Source: Planktothrix sp. GU0601_MAG3
GTDB lineage: Bacteria; Cyanobacteriota; Cyanobacteriia; Cyanobacteriales; Microcoleaceae
Length of the DNA: 64,000 nt
Reading direction: 5' to 3'
Assembly (NCBI GenBank): GCA_035193785.1
Contig: CP136572.1
Location: 1,568,001-1,632,000, forward strand
A program made the position numbers and the translations under genes. Position 1 is the stretch's first letter. Each line of letters starts with the position of its first letter. The notes beneath the pieces are model-generated. The model had not been told where the DNA came from and searched no databases. It worked only from the letters and a program-made list of their open reading frames with translations. Positions 25,875 through 38,215 of the stretch are shown piece after piece.

Positions 25875-28067
25875 CTAATTTTCCGTTTCAGGAGTAGAAC
25901 CAAAATAGGGGTCTGGAGTTCCGATCCAGTTAAAATCACTAATTCTGAGATTAATACTCCCAATCCGACGCACCGGATTAATCCTCAGAATCAACCCATA
26001 ACTACGGCGACTATATTCTAAGGTGAATTCATTATTTAATGATAAACCATTATCCAAATTAACCGCCGATTCAACCCCAGCCCTTAACCCCCCATAAAGT
26101 TGTTGCACTAATCCCATACTTAATACCCGTTGATCGACTAAACGATCGAACAAAAAAGGCGATTGTCCATCCAATATTACTTGAGTATAAAATAGGCTAA
26201 ACCCCGTATAGTCTAAAAAGTCTTTAGAAAAATGACCTAATTGTCCTTGCACTCCTACCGAGGTACTCAGATAGGATTGGGAATAATCTTGACTATATTG
26301 GGTGGTGACTCCTCTGGTAATTAATGCTAATTGTACGAAGGGAATCACGGGTCGAGGGGTATACCGCAAACCTTCCGTGGCCGTTGCTGGTAAGCCTTCT
26401 CCCCGCCATAATAAAACTGGGTAAATTAACGTTCCTAACGCCTCATAACGATCTAAATTGACTCGATTATTCAGACGATCGGGTTTTAATAATTCCGGGC
26501 GATCGCTATCAGCAGTTACCGATTGATAGGAGGTTTGAAAGCTAAAGGTAGCCCCCTGTTCATTTAACCGAATCTTAGGAGAAGTCAGCACCGTCCCTAA
26601 ACTACTCCAAATGGTACGATATCCTAAAGTGCCATTAAATAAACGGTTGCGATAACTATATTCTCCGTTGAGAGCAAACCCAGCCCCCAATTGTTGGCGG
26701 ACTCGGATACTGCTGCGAAGGGCTTTTTCATTCAGATCGGGGAAATTTTCCAGGGTATTTATGGATAAAAACCCACTTAATTGAGTTGTGGGGGTAATTG
26801 ATCCCGAAATCTTGGCTTCCAACCCCAAGGTTTGAGGATCGAAGGGGATGACACTCTCTTGAAAAGCCCGTTGGAGTAACAATCGAGGCGCCACTTGTAG
26901 GGTCAAGGGGCCCAGGGGAACAGAGGGCAGATTGCCTTGAATATAATATCCCCCAAAATCCTTGAGATCATAACCAAAGGAAAAGGGGAGGGGTTCTTTT
27001 TGGGTTCGATCAATGACGGTATACGTTCTCGAAATAGGGGGACGTTAACGGATTGATCCAGCACCAGCCGGGATTTGGTGGTGATCAGTTCATCCCGCAG
27101 GGGTGAAACCCTTGTAAATCGGGCGGTATCGGCTCTTAATTCCAGTTCTGGGGGGGAAAAGGGATCGTTGGTCAGTCGCACCTGTTGGGCTTCCCATCCC
27201 CCATCCCCAAACAGATCAATTCGTTCGGCGGCGAATCGGAGCCGATTTACACTGCCTTGCACCCCGAAGGAATCGCCCCCTCCGGCGGAGATGGAGGCAT
27301 TTAATCCCCCATCGGCTTTGACTTTTTCTAGGGGTTGGGCGGCGGTAATTCGGTCGCTAATCGGGGCATTTAGTGGGGAGGTGACACCTGTGGTGAGGGG
27401 GTCAACCACGGTTAAATCGGTGGTGGCGGAGGGGGTATAAACAACGCCGTTGGCTTGGTACACCGACCCGGTGGCGGCAACGAAGTTATAGTCCATGCGA
27501 TCGCCCCTAATTACCTGCTCTCCCCGGGTAAGGGCTACATTCCCTTGAGCCGTGACTTGACGGGTATTTAGGTTAACTTGGGCTTGCTCCGCATTGATTA
27601 AGGACTGGCGAAACCGCACCATCACGTTCCCCTGGGCGGTGACGATTTGCCTTTGTTGATCATATTCTTGCCGATCGGCGGTGATTTCGACAATATCGGC
27701 GGGGGTGGGAACTGGAATAACTGTGGATTCTTGGGTTGGGGTTTTAGGGGGAGTGACAACTATTGTGTTACAGGGTGTCTCACAGGAATTATCGCTATTG
27801 GGAAAGGAAAAGGAGGCATCAAACCGATATGGATTCTCGGTTAAGGGTTGGCCGGCTTCTCTGGTAACTGTTGACCCCAGCAGTTCTGCGGATAGGGGGT
27901 CGGTTGCCTGAATTTGATATTCAGGTAAAGGATAGCTGATGGTGCTCTGGGTTTTTACCCGGGAAGATATTTGTGCTTCTAATCCAATTATCCCCGTTTC
28001 AGTGGTCTGTGGTTGGGGAAGATGACGAATAATTGCGGGTGGTTTCAGGTGGTGGCGGGTAAGGCAT
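25875..28067 (-). CDS. DUF3769/LptD(OstA)-like outer-membrane protein (apparent frameshifts near 28044 and 27020)
   Basis: N-terminal MPYPPPPEPPAII, ITADRQEYD...AQGNV OstA-like repeats, TNDPFSPPEL and a C-terminal beta-barrel-like region; frame checked manually from 27625 to 28067. Confidence 0.8.
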
Positions 28068-28276
28068 ACTTGCTGTAACGGAATTCCACGAAATAGCCAG
28101 AACTCGACCCCTTTAGGGAACAGGTCAAAACAATGTCATTAGCGATCATCCCTATGGGTTGATTACTAATGACAATTCAAGTTTTTATCATATCAGGGAT
28201 TTTGTTCACAGAGGTTGTCGGCATTCTGTTTTGATTATTATGCCCCAACTTCTGTTGAGACAACTTCCATGTTTCT

Positions 28277-28393
28277 CTACTCTAAGTCTCTGCGTTTGGG
28301 GTTCCGGGCTGGGTCATTGGACAGGAAACCAAACACGAATAAACTAAAGAAGAACAGAACTACGATATTAACTACGATTTTTAGGGTCAGCAT
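28277..28393 (-). CDS. psbI: Photosystem II reaction centre protein I, absent from the ORF track
   Basis: Manual translation [38 protein letters not shown]. Confidence 0.96.
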   Translation of the reverse strand: MLTLKIVVNIVVLFFFSLFVFGFLSNDPARNPKRRDLE

Positions 28394-28626
28394 TTGTGAA
28401 TTTCTCCGAGGCTGCAAGAGTTTATTTATAGCTGTTATGCCGGAAGCACAACTTTACCATCATATCCCAAAATCTCCTCCGCTTTAAGGATTCTTTTTCT
28501 ACCCCCTTGACATCGGGTGCTTTTGTGTTATTATTACAATGGGGATTCTATACGCGCCTACAAGGTATTTTTTGATTCTAGCACCCGCCCAAAGGATTGG
28601 AACAGTTACGATACAGTCCCATTACC

Positions 28627-28714
28627 GATCACGGATTCAGGCGGATTTCACGGATTTCACGGATTTTAATCTGTGTTAATCTGCGTAATCCTCTTAAATC
28701 CGTGATCCGTGATC
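28627..28714. repeat. Palindromic dispersed repeat with CACGGATTT units and GATCACGGATT...AATCCGTGATC ends
   Basis: Near-identical core recurs at 37153-37222. Confidence 0.85.
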
Positions 28715-28728
28715 CCCTCTACAGAATT

Positions 28729-30144
28729 TTACTGGTAATGAGTTAACCAATACCAAGTTTTAGCGATCGCCTCCTCAACTTTCACCATCACCTGATCTAA
28801 CCATCCTAAAATCTTCTCTAGGGGATGTTTAATATATCCGGTTGATGTCACACTGGCTTCTAGCCAGTCGGGGGTGTGGGTCGCCGTTGCGGTTTTTTTG
28901 GATTCTTTAACACATTTTTGCGTTTTTGTCAAGGGGTATTGAGAAGTAGTTGGAATTAAACCGCTATTTTCGGCGGTTGTTGGTGGGGGGACGCGGTTTA
29001 AGGAAGATTGAAGTTTCTGAAAAATCCGATTATTTTCGATAGGGTTATTCTGGGTTTTAGGTTTTTTGAGTTTGGATAAAATATTATTTGTCCGAGTATC
29101 AATACTTGACCAGGGGTCTTCCGGGGAAGCAGAAGATTGGGAAGCGGAAATTACCCCAGAATATGCTTCGGGAATATGGTCAGAATTAATAGTATGCTGA
29201 CGGTCTTGGAAGAAATAATCTATCGCAGCTAGAATTAGGGACTGCACTTTATAAAAATATTGATCAAAACCCGTTTCTAAGGAAGATGAAGATACTGATT
29301 TTACGGATAAATGGGGATATTGCCAAGTTTGAATTACGGTTTTTCCCAGGGTTTGACTTTGTTGGACTAAGCTATGGGTAGCTTGGGAGAGGGGAATAAT
29401 CGAATAATCTTCGACTTGCGCGATCGCCGTATCTAGGGTATGAATAAAGGTAGGAGAGGGCTGGGGGAAAGAAACCGACTTAACAAAATTAGACTCTCCA
29501 AAACAATTAAGTTTTACTGCTATGGGACTGGTTTGTACCCAACATAGGACTTGCCAAAACCCCCGAATCGGAGATACAACATGAATAGGATGGCTAAAAG
29601 GTTTCAACTGTGGCTGAAAGGGTTTGGGAGCTTGTGCTAAATTTCGATAAAAATAGTAATATTCCGCGACTTCTAAACTAATTTGTTGTTGAAGCTGATG
29701 TTGTTGTTCAACGGTGAGACTATCTAAAATTTGATTATCTTTTTGGACTAAGACTAGGGTTTGGGAATCAATTTGACTGGCTATCCCTTGAATTTCTCCT
29801 GCTGCGGGTTGGGAAGTTATCGAATTTTCAAATAGAGACTCGGCTTCGGTGGTAACTGTATTGAGAATATGAATAATCGGAGTATCAACATTAGGAGCTT
29901 GGGACTTGACCCCAGAATTGAGTTGGGGTAAATGCTGTTTAATCGCCGTCCCTAATTTTTGGCTAGTGACTCGAACGCTTTGCAGGATAAAATAAACTGG
30001 ATATAATGCTGTTTGCAGAGCAATATCCGTGGCGAACTTAAAATAACGCCAAGCCCGACTGCCCTCATCGGTAAGTTTCTGTGCGCCACCAGAGATAAAA
30101 TTAAGGAATCGACTTTTGTATGGCCCGGATTCAGCAAAAGACAT
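28729..30144 (-). CDS. Cyanobacterial hypothetical protein
   Basis: 471-aa ORF with a C-terminal GYIKHPLEKILGWLD motif. Confidence 0.75.
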   Translation of the reverse strand: MSFAESGPYKSRFLNFISGGAQKLTDEGSRAWRYFKFATDIALQTALYPVYFILQSVRVTSQKLGTAIKQHLPQLNSGVKSQAPNVDTPIIHILNTVTTEAESLFENSITSQPAAGEIQGIASQIDSQTLVLVQKDNQILDSLTVEQQHQLQQQISLEVAEYYYFYRNLAQAPKPFQPQLKPFSHPIHVVSPIRGFWQVLCWVQTSPIAVKLNCFGESNFVKSVSFPQPSPTFIHTLDTAIAQVEDYSIIPLSQATHSLVQQSQTLGKTVIQTWQYPHLSVKSVSSSSLETGFDQYFYKVQSLILAAIDYFFQDRQHTINSDHIPEAYSGVISASQSSASPEDPWSSIDTRTNNILSKLKKPKTQNNPIENNRIFQKLQSSLNRVPPPTTAENSGLIPTTSQYPLTKTQKCVKESKKTATATHTPDWLEASVTSTGYIKHPLEKILGWLDQVMVKVEEAIAKTWYWLTHYQ

Positions 30145-30193
30145 GGTTATATCAAGTTTGATCGATATTCTCCCCTATTAACTATAACAGTAA

Positions 30194-33100
30194 ATGTCTT
30201 TTTCTACCCCTACCCTCCAATTACAGATTTCGGAAGTTGCTCAACGGTTACGTCTGTTGACTCAAATTAATCTGCAACCCCATTGGCAAGTTATCAACCC
30301 TGGGGAGTCTGAGTACCCAGTGGAAATCAATGAAAAAGGACATATTCCTTGGGTGGCGGGAAAACAGGTTTTGAAATTAAGACAAAAAATTATAGTTCCC
30401 GGGGAGTTACAGGGTTATCCGTTAACGGGTTTAAATTTAAGATTGGTATTAAGTTGGTGGGCTCAGGATGTACAAATCTATATTAATCATCAATTTGTAC
30501 AAGCTGGAGATCTGTTTGATAGTTATACCCGAATTTTATTAAGTTCGGCGGTACAGCCTGGGGATGAATTTGAAATAGAGTTATTTTTAATTAGTCCGGG
30601 TCACGACCGAGGAGCATTAGTTAATTCCTACTGTTGGTATGAAGTTTCGGACACCGCCAAAATTGATCCGAGTTTCTTAGCGGACGAGTTAGAAATTTTA
30701 GGACTATTTTTAGCATCGGAAAATCACCAACCCGACCTAGAAACCGACTTAACTTCCCTAGGGGCGATTTTAGATATTATTTCTGGCTATATCCTTCCCC
30801 AAAATCTTATTGAATTTGAAAATAGCCTCAGCCAAGTTCGTCAGATCTTAAAATCAGTTATTCCTAAATTAGACTCCTATCAAATTAGCTTACTCGGTCA
30901 CGCCCATTTAGATTTAGCTTGGCTATGGCCGATAACAGAAACCTGGATAGTCGCACAAAAAACCTTTGAGTCCGTTTTGCAATTACAAACCGACTTTCCC
31001 GAATTAATCTTTTGTCATTCCTCCCCTATTCTCTATGAATGGATAGAAAAACATCGCCCCGATTTATTTAGTCAAATTCAAGATAATATTCAAAAAGGAA
31101 TCTGGGAAATCGCCGCCGGACTCTGGGTAGAACCAGAATTGAATATTATTAATGGAGAATCTATCGTCCGTCAGGTATTATACGGACAGCGATATGTTTT
31201 AGAAAAAATGGGTCAACTTTCCGCCGTGGCTTGGCTACCCGATACCTTCGGTTTTTGTTGGCAATTACCCCAAATATTCCAACAGGGCGGTATTGACTAT
31301 TTTATTACCCAAAAACTGCGCTGGAATGATACAACTAAATTTCCCTACGGGTTGTTTGAATGGCAAGGGTTAGATGGCACAAAAATTGTTAGTTTTATGA
31401 CCGCTTTAATTGGAGAACGGGTTGACCCGGTGAAGATGTTCAAATATGCCCGGGAATGGAAAAACCAAACGGGATTAAATCAGAGTTTATGGTTACCCGG
31501 AGTCGGAGATCATGGAGGCGGGCCGACCCGTGATATGTTGGAAGTAACTCGACGCTGGAATCAATCTGCTATTTTTCCAGAGTTTAAGTTTCAAAAGGTC
31601 ACAGACTATTTAACAGAAGTCCTGAATCATGCCCCCGCACCCCTTCCAATTTGGCAGGATGAATTATACTTAGAATTCCATCGCGGTTGCTATACTACCC
31701 ACGCAGATCAAAAACGGTTTAATCGTCGGGGAGAAACCCTATTATATGAAGCAGAACTGTTTGCAACTATAGCCACCCTTTACTCCGGTTCTATTTATCC
31801 CCAAAGGGAAATAGAAACTGCTTGGAAGCAAATTTTGTTAAACCAATTTCACGATATCCTGCCCGGAACTGCCATTAATGCGGTCTACGAACAGGCAAAT
31901 CAAGATTGGGAAACCGCCATCAAAACCGCCGAGGAAATTCTCCACCAGTCCTTAGATGCCCTTGTTGCCTCTATTTCTGTTAACTTCCCCTCCCAACCCG
32001 ACGCCCAACCGATTTTTATCTTTAATTCCCTGAACTGGTCGCGCTCAGAAGTCGTGGCTGTGCCTATTCCTAATTCCGATAGCTGTTGGCAAATTTATGA
32101 TTCCCAGGGAATACCCCAAACCGCCCAACCGAGGGGGGAAGGGTCGGAAAACCCACAACTACTATTCCTGGCAAAAAATGTTCCGAGCCTGGGATATCAG
32201 GTCTATTGGTTGGGGCGCAAACAGGCTGAAACCCTTGAAATCTCCCAGAAAAACCCTGATATACCCTATATGGGCACACCTATTTCTAATTATACTGAAA
32301 GTATAGCAGAAAAAAACGAGGTTGTCAAATATTATCAGTTAGAACCTCAAAAGATTAGCTTTGAAAACGATATTTTGCGGGTAATTGTAGATAGGGAAAC
32401 CGGAAATTTAGAACAGGTTTTCGACTTAATTAATCAAAGAAATATCCTCCAACCAGGACAGGGAAATCAATTACAAGTCTTTGCAGATTCAGGACAATAT
32501 TGGGATGGGTGGAATATTAACCCTAATTATCAACAATATCCCCTAAATTCACCGCAATTAGAATCAATTGAATGGATAGAATCAGGGCCGATAGTTTGGC
32601 GGTTGAGAATTATTAAACGATTAAATCAATCAGAGTTTTGCCAGAATTATATTTTAGAACAAGGTTCACCCCAATTAAAAATAGAAACCACCGTCAATTG
32701 GCAAGAACGTCATACTTTAATTAAAGTCGCCTTTCCCCTAACTATTGCTGCGGATTATGCGAGTTATGAAATTCCCTGTGGAGTGATTCAACGACCTACT
32801 AACCCCCAAACCGATCAAGAAAAAGCTAAATGGGAAGTTCCGGCTATTCATTGGGCAGATATTAGTACATCGGATTATGGAATTAGTCTATTAAATGATA
32901 GCAAATATGGTTATGATGCTCAACCCGACCAACTGCGATTAACCTTATTAAGAGGTTTCAACCTGGCCAGACCCAGAAGCGGATTTAGGATGGCATCAAT
33001 TTAGTTATGCCATTTATCCCCATGGGGGAGATTGGAAACAAGCAAAAACTGTTCAAAAGGGCTATGAATTTAATCGTCCCTTACAGGTTAAAGTCTATCC

Positions 33101-33389
33101 TTCCCGACCCTCAACCACTAATTTAGAATCATCAGGTTGTCAGAGTTTCCTAGAGTTAGGGTCTGATCATTTAATTTTAATGGCATTCAAACATTCAGAA
33201 ACTAAGTCCCAAGAATGGATATTAAGATGTTATGAATGTCAGGGAGAAGAAACTATGTTAGAATTGAAGAATAATCTGGGATTAACTATAGATTATTCTG
33301 TCAATATATTAGAACAACCCCAGGAAACAACTGTTTCTATATCTCCTTGGAAAATAGTTAGTTTTGCTCTAAGTTCTAGGAATAATTAG
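30194..33389 (+). CDS. GH38 alpha-mannosidase (apparent frameshift at 32955-32959)
   Basis: GHAHLDLAWLW, WLPDTFG, GDHGGGP and NQFHDILPG; repaired junction reads LRGSTWPDP. Confidence 0.93.
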
Positions 33390-33527
33390 ATATAGTGATA
33401 AACAATAAGCAATCTTGCTATGTAGGATTTATGATCAAAATTCAAAATATAGAACCACACCCTATGCCCTCCCCTTAGCAAGAGGAGGGTTGGGAGAGGT
33501 CGAGATAAATATTACAACGGATTTAGA

Positions 33528-34049
33528 TTATTTGACTCCCATGCGAATTTCTGAACAAAAAGAAGCCTGAGTTAGTCCAGTATTGTTTTTAACAATGCTA
33601 GTTCTAAGTCTAAGATTTGGCATCAAATACCATAACCTTTCTTCCACATAAAAGTTAGGGGATTCTGTAGTTAGGGTTAACACTTCATCCTCTCCGAAAC
33701 TATAGCTTCCCGATAGAGATTGATGGGGGTGAGTGCCTTGGGATTGGAGTAATTGACCTGTTTGGGGATGGTCAGGATTAAGAATTGGAACTAAAATAGC
33801 AAAGCCTTTTTGTTGATTCGAGTTTCCTTCCGTTGTGCCATCCCAAGTCAAGCGAAACCCACCGGAAATTGTAATCGAATCAATCTGATGCTGTTGACAA
33901 AGCTGAACTACTGTAGCATCGGTTTGGGGTAAACTCTCAATGATCAGATTAGACTTACCCGCCTGTAATTGTCCTGATTTTAAATTGTGTAAAGTGCGTT
34001 GGGAAAACCATTTTCCAGCACTTAATTCAAAAAATTCAATAATATTCAT
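33528..34049 (-). CDS. CpcS/CpeS family phycobiliprotein lyase
   Basis: EFFELSAGKWFSQRT, EERLW, PNLRLRTS and ASFCSEIR motifs. Confidence 0.88.
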   Translation of the reverse strand: MNIIEFFELSAGKWFSQRTLHNLKSGQLQAGKSNLIIESLPQTDATVVQLCQQHQIDSITISGGFRLTWDGTTEGNSNQQKGFAILVPILNPDHPQTGQLLQSQGTHPHQSLSGSYSFGEDEVLTLTTESPNFYVEERLWYLMPNLRLRTSIVKNNTGLTQASFCSEIRMGVK

Positions 34050-34156
34050 ATTTGATCAACTAGAAGAAATAAAAAGCCGATTTCACTTAGTTTTATTGCA
34101 TACAGAAGTTTGATGCAATTGCTTCTTATTATAGCATAGTCTATTCCAAATTAAAA

Positions 34157-34374
34157 ATAGGGGCGGGTTAAGATAGTTTGGGGTTAAAAATCATAGATAG
34201 TCTTGATAGATAGGGCGGGTTAAGATAGTTTGGGGTTGAAAATTATAGATAGTCTTGATAGATAGGGCGGGTTAAGATAGTTTGGGGTTGAAAATTATAG
34301 ATAGTCTTGATAGATAGGGCGGGTTAAGATAGTTTGGGGGTGAAAATCATAGATAGTCTTGAACCCGCCCCTAC
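34157..34374. repeat. Four tandem 52-bp units of a TAGGGGCGGGTT...AACCCGCCCCTAC REP-like element
   Basis: GGGCGGGTT recurs at 34161, 34213, 34265 and 34317; a single closing arm lies at 34362-34374. Confidence 0.92.
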
Positions 34375-34442
34375 GATGATAATTTATATAGTGTTTATAA
34401 CAACTTATTTGTGTCTTTGTGGTTCAATTAAATAAACCTTCC

Positions 34443-35343
34443 CTAACCCCAACTTAATGTTCCTTGTTCTCCATCAAGATTAACCACCATCCCAACGGGT
34501 AAAATAGCATTAGATCCTTGATGACCAAAGGGTAAATTAGAGACAATCGGAATGCCTAAATCTCCTAGGCGATCGCGTAATACTTCTTCTAGGGTAAAAC
34601 TATTAGAATTCCCTTTGGCATCACAATGACTAAATCTCCCCAAGGCAATTCCGCGAACCCCTTTAAACCCTCCCACCATGCGCCAATAGGTTAACATTCG
34701 ATCCAAACGATAGGGTTTCTTCATTCACATCTTCAAAAGCAATAATAGCATCAGTTAAATCCGGTTGATAGGCTGTTCCTAATAGCTGGGTTGCAACGGT
34801 TAAATTAGCGGGAAATAATCTACCTGAAACCCTATTTCCGCCCCAACCTTCTCCTTGTAAAGTGTCGAAAAATCCGGTTTCTATTCCTTCAAATAAACGT
34901 TTGATTGACCAATCTGGTTCCGTAGCTAAGGTGGTAATTACTGGGCCATGAATACCGATAATTTGGGGGTGATTAGCAAACGCCCATAATAGTCCGGTGA
35001 TATCAGAAAATCCCACTAAAAATTTAGGAAATGGGGAAATTTGGGTGATATTTTCCCATTTCCAACCTTCTAATAATCGAGTTGATCCAAACCCGCCCCT
35101 AGCGCATAAAATTCCGCGACAATGGGGGTCATTTAAGGCTTCTATTAACTGTTGTCGGCGGTTTTCATCGGTTCCGGCTAAATATCCTGTAACTTGATCA
35201 AAACCCGATGTTAATTCAATATCATAACCGTGTGATCGCCAAATTTCAACCCCTTGTTCAAATCTTTCCCATTCTCTTAGTGCTCCACTGGGGGTAATAA
35301 CTCTTAATTTATCTCCGGGTTTTAATCCTTGAAAATTGATCAT
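34443..35343 (-). CDS. ldcA: S66 family LD-carboxypeptidase (apparent frameshift at 34715-34719)
   Basis: ARGGFG, GFSDIT, EDVNEEPYRLDRML after repair, and FGH. Confidence 0.9.
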
Positions 35344-35404
35344 GATTGATTTTTTTTTGTGTTATAAAATAATAATAAAGAATAAGAAAGCCCTGAAGGG
35401 CTTA

Positions 35405-36473
35405 CTACGCGATGAGTTGAGATAACCATTGTTCCATGCGATCGCCTAATCTATCTAGGGAGTATTCGGTTTCCGCCTGTTTTCGACACATAGAAACGGT
35501 CAATTTTATCTATATTTTGGATAGCATGAACTAACTGATTAATATTATCAGGTTCCACTAACCAACCTGTAACTCCATCTCGAATAATTTCTGTTGGCCC
35601 GCCTCGACGATAGGAGATGACTGGAACACCACAAGCCAAAGCCTCAATAGCAACATTTCCAAAGGCTTCTATCCAGCGATGGGTCATCATTAACGCCCGA
35701 CATTGACCCAGTTGTGCTTGAAGTTTTGCTGTTGATAAAAAGCCTAAATATTCCATAGGAGCATCGACATAATTATTCAGAATTGTTTCCCAATAAATGG
35801 GGTCTTGAATTTTGCCCATAATCTTTAAGAGTATCCCGGTTTTAGCTGAAGCAGCTACCGCATCTTCTAAGCCTTTTTCTGGGGAAATTCTACCTATCCA
35901 AGCCAATTGATTTTGGGGTTGATCACAAAAACAATATTGAGATAATTCAATAGCACTACTTAAACAAAAATAACCCTCTTTTAAACCAAAGGTTTCCGCT
36001 TGACTATGGCTATAAAATGCGATAGAATTAGGATATCTTTTGATCACATCTTTAACAGCCCTATCCATAATATTTGTTAAAGACCCCATGGTAATTAAAT
36101 GGATTAATTTACTCTGAAAAAATGGAGTTAGAAATAAAGGCAACCAATCATAAGCAAAATTCATAATAACATCATACTTATCTGCTATTTTTATGGTATA
36201 ATTCCACATATTAGCTAATACAGAGTTATCAGTCAAAATTACTGGATCTTTACGACTTTGGGTTTGGGCTGAAGTTTGCAATTCTCCTGAAATTTCTACA
36301 ATTGAAAATGATGCTAATTTAGAGGTTTCAGGGGCAATAATTGTAATTTTATGACCCCGTTTTTGCAAAATATTTGCCAGATTCAAGACCGTTAATTCCA
36401 CACCTCCTGCCAACCCAGACCCCAGGGCCCCAACCGGAGTTGATACTAACAATAATTTTAAAGGTTTGTTCAT
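35405..36473 (-). CDS. GT4 glycosyltransferase (apparent frameshift at 35493-35497)
   Basis: GRISPEKG and EAFGNVAIEALACGVPV motifs. Confidence 0.9.
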
Positions 36474-36479
36474 ATATAA

Positions 36480-37127
36480 TTATTGTTTTTTGAGTAAATC
36501 AACGGCTTCTTGTAATAACCGGATAGCCTGTTCCATTTTACTCAATATTTCCGTTTGACTGACGGGCTTTGCGGTTGGTTGGGGTGTGGTTAATCCGCCC
36601 ATTTCATTCACATAGCGCAATAAATCTTGATCTCGTCTTAACCATCCCGCTAAGAAAACTTCTTGACTGGGGTTAGCTTTTACCCGTTGATACCGATAAT
36701 CAATGCGATTTTGACAATAGCGTTGGGCGGTTTGTAAATTATTGGCTTTTTCTAATGCGGTTTTTGATTTGGCGCCAAAATTTCCATCAACTGTTAACCC
36801 ACCAATAGCCTCTTGGAGAAATTCTAAACTGCCTTTGACACTAAAATTAACAGCAGTATCAAAATGGGCTACGGCTAAGGGTAAAACCATGGAATCTGCT
36901 AAACAGGGTTTCCAATATTGTTCATAATAAACCTGTTCTACTTCGGTTGGGGTAATTTGTAATACTGACTTAGAGGGTAAATTTTTTCCCCGTAAATAGC
37001 TATCATAGGTGGGTTGGGAAATCCCATAATTGACTGTACCTGCTAAATCTCTGGGATCACCTACGCCAGCTTCCCATTTTAAGGTGAATTTTAAGGCAGT
37101 TTTAAAGGCTTCAGGATATTCAGGCAT
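36480..37127 (-). CDS. GH108 family lysozyme-like peptidoglycan hydrolase
   Basis: WEAG..DPRD..GTVNYGI, YYEQYW, HFDTAVN, VDGNFG and FLAGWLRR motifs. Confidence 0.8.
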   Translation of the reverse strand: MPEYPEAFKTALKFTLKWEAGVGDPRDLAGTVNYGISQPTYDSYLRGKNLPSKSVLQITPTEVEQVYYEQYWKPCLADSMVLPLAVAHFDTAVNFSVKGSLEFLQEAIGGLTVDGNFGAKSKTALEKANNLQTAQRYCQNRIDYRYQRVKANPSQEVFLAGWLRRDQDLLRYVNEMGGLTTPQPTAKPVSQTEILSKMEQAIRLLQEAVDLLKKQ

Positions 37128-37152
37128 GGTTTTATTTAGGGTTAGGTAATGG

Positions 37153-37222
37153 GATCACGGATTTAAGAGGATTTCACGGATTTCACGGATTTGAATCTGT
37201 GTTAATCTGCTTAATCCTCTTA
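37153..37222. repeat. Second copy of the CACGGATTT palindromic repeat
   Basis: Shares GGATTTCACGGATTTCACGGATTT.AATCTGTGTTAATCTGC.TAATCCTCTTA with 28627-28714. Confidence 0.85.
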
Positions 37223-37252
37223 GAACTATATAACACCCAAAAAGGAGGATAA

Positions 37253-38215
37253 TTAACTACGCTGAATTTCAGCAAAGATTTCGTTTAAGATTTCTTGGGC
37301 TCCTTGATTTTTGAGTTTATGGGCGAGTTGAATTCCTAAATTTTCTGCATCGGTGGTATTTCCAATTACGGTATCTTTAATTAACCGTTTGCCATCGAGA
37401 CTGGCTACCATTCCGACTAAGGTGAGTTGGTCGCCTTCAATAAAAGTATTAACTCCAATGGGAACTTGACAACCCCCCTCTAACTCGCGTAAAAATGCCC
37501 GTTCAGCATAGCATCTTTGGGCGGTGGGCGTGTGTTCAAGAACTTTAATAATATCGAGAATATCGCCATCTCCTTCTCGACATTCTATGCCTAGGGCTCC
37601 TTGTCCGACGGCGTGGAGGGAAATTTCTGGAGGGATGACTTGATGAATGCGATCGCTCATATCCAAACGAGTTAACCCAGCAACGGCTAGAATAATTGCA
37701 TCATATTCTCCATTATCCAATTTTTGTAACCGGGTATTCAGGTTGCCTCGAATATCTTTGAATTCTAAATGGGGATAATGATATCTAAGTTGGGCGAGGC
37801 GTCGCAGGGAAGATGTCCCGATAATAGCGCCAGGTGGTAGGGTTTCGAGTTGTTTATCTTTGTGGTTTTCATGAACAACTAAAGCATCGGCCGGATTTTC
37901 GCGTTCGCTCACACAGCCTAACATTAATCCCTCGGGAAGTCGAGTTGGTAAATCTTTGAGGGAGTGCACCGCAATATCGCTGCTCCGCTCAAGCATTCCT
38001 ACTTCTAATTCTTTGGTAAATAGTCCCTTATCGCCAATTTTAGCCAGGGCGACATCAAGAATTTTATCCCCTTGGGTGGACATGGTTTGCACTTCAAAGG
38101 TGATGTCGGGGAAGTGTTTCTGAAGTTCTCCCTGTACCCAATAGGTTTGGACTAGGGCGAGTTGGCTTTTGCGCGATGCAATGCGGACGGTACGAGTCGG
38201 GGCAGATACAGACAT
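37253..38215 (-). CDS. hemC: Hydroxymethylbilane synthase
   Basis: [32 protein letters not shown] and GGCQVP motifs. Confidence 0.98.
   Translation of the reverse strand: MSVSAPTRTVRIASRKSQLALVQTYWVQGELQKHFPDITFEVQTMSTQGDKILDVALAKIGDKGLFTKELEVGMLERSSDIAVHSLKDLPTRLPEGLMLGCVSERENPADALVVHENHKDKQLETLPPGAIIGTSSLRRLAQLRYHYPHLEFKDIRGNLNTRLQKLDNGEYDAIILAVAGLTRLDMSDRIHQVIPPEISLHAVGQGALGIECREGDGDILDIIKVLEHTPTAQRCYAERAFLRELEGGCQVPIGVNTFIEGDQLTLVGMVASLDGKRLIKDTVIGNTTDAENLGIQLAHKLKNQGAQEILNEIFAEIQRS

Noticed and set aside
34157..34374. CRISPR array
   Set aside because: The units are nearly identical along their whole length, with no unique spacers and no cas genes.
36480..37127. Prophage remnant
   Set aside because: No holin, structural or integrase genes; the neighbours are housekeeping genes.
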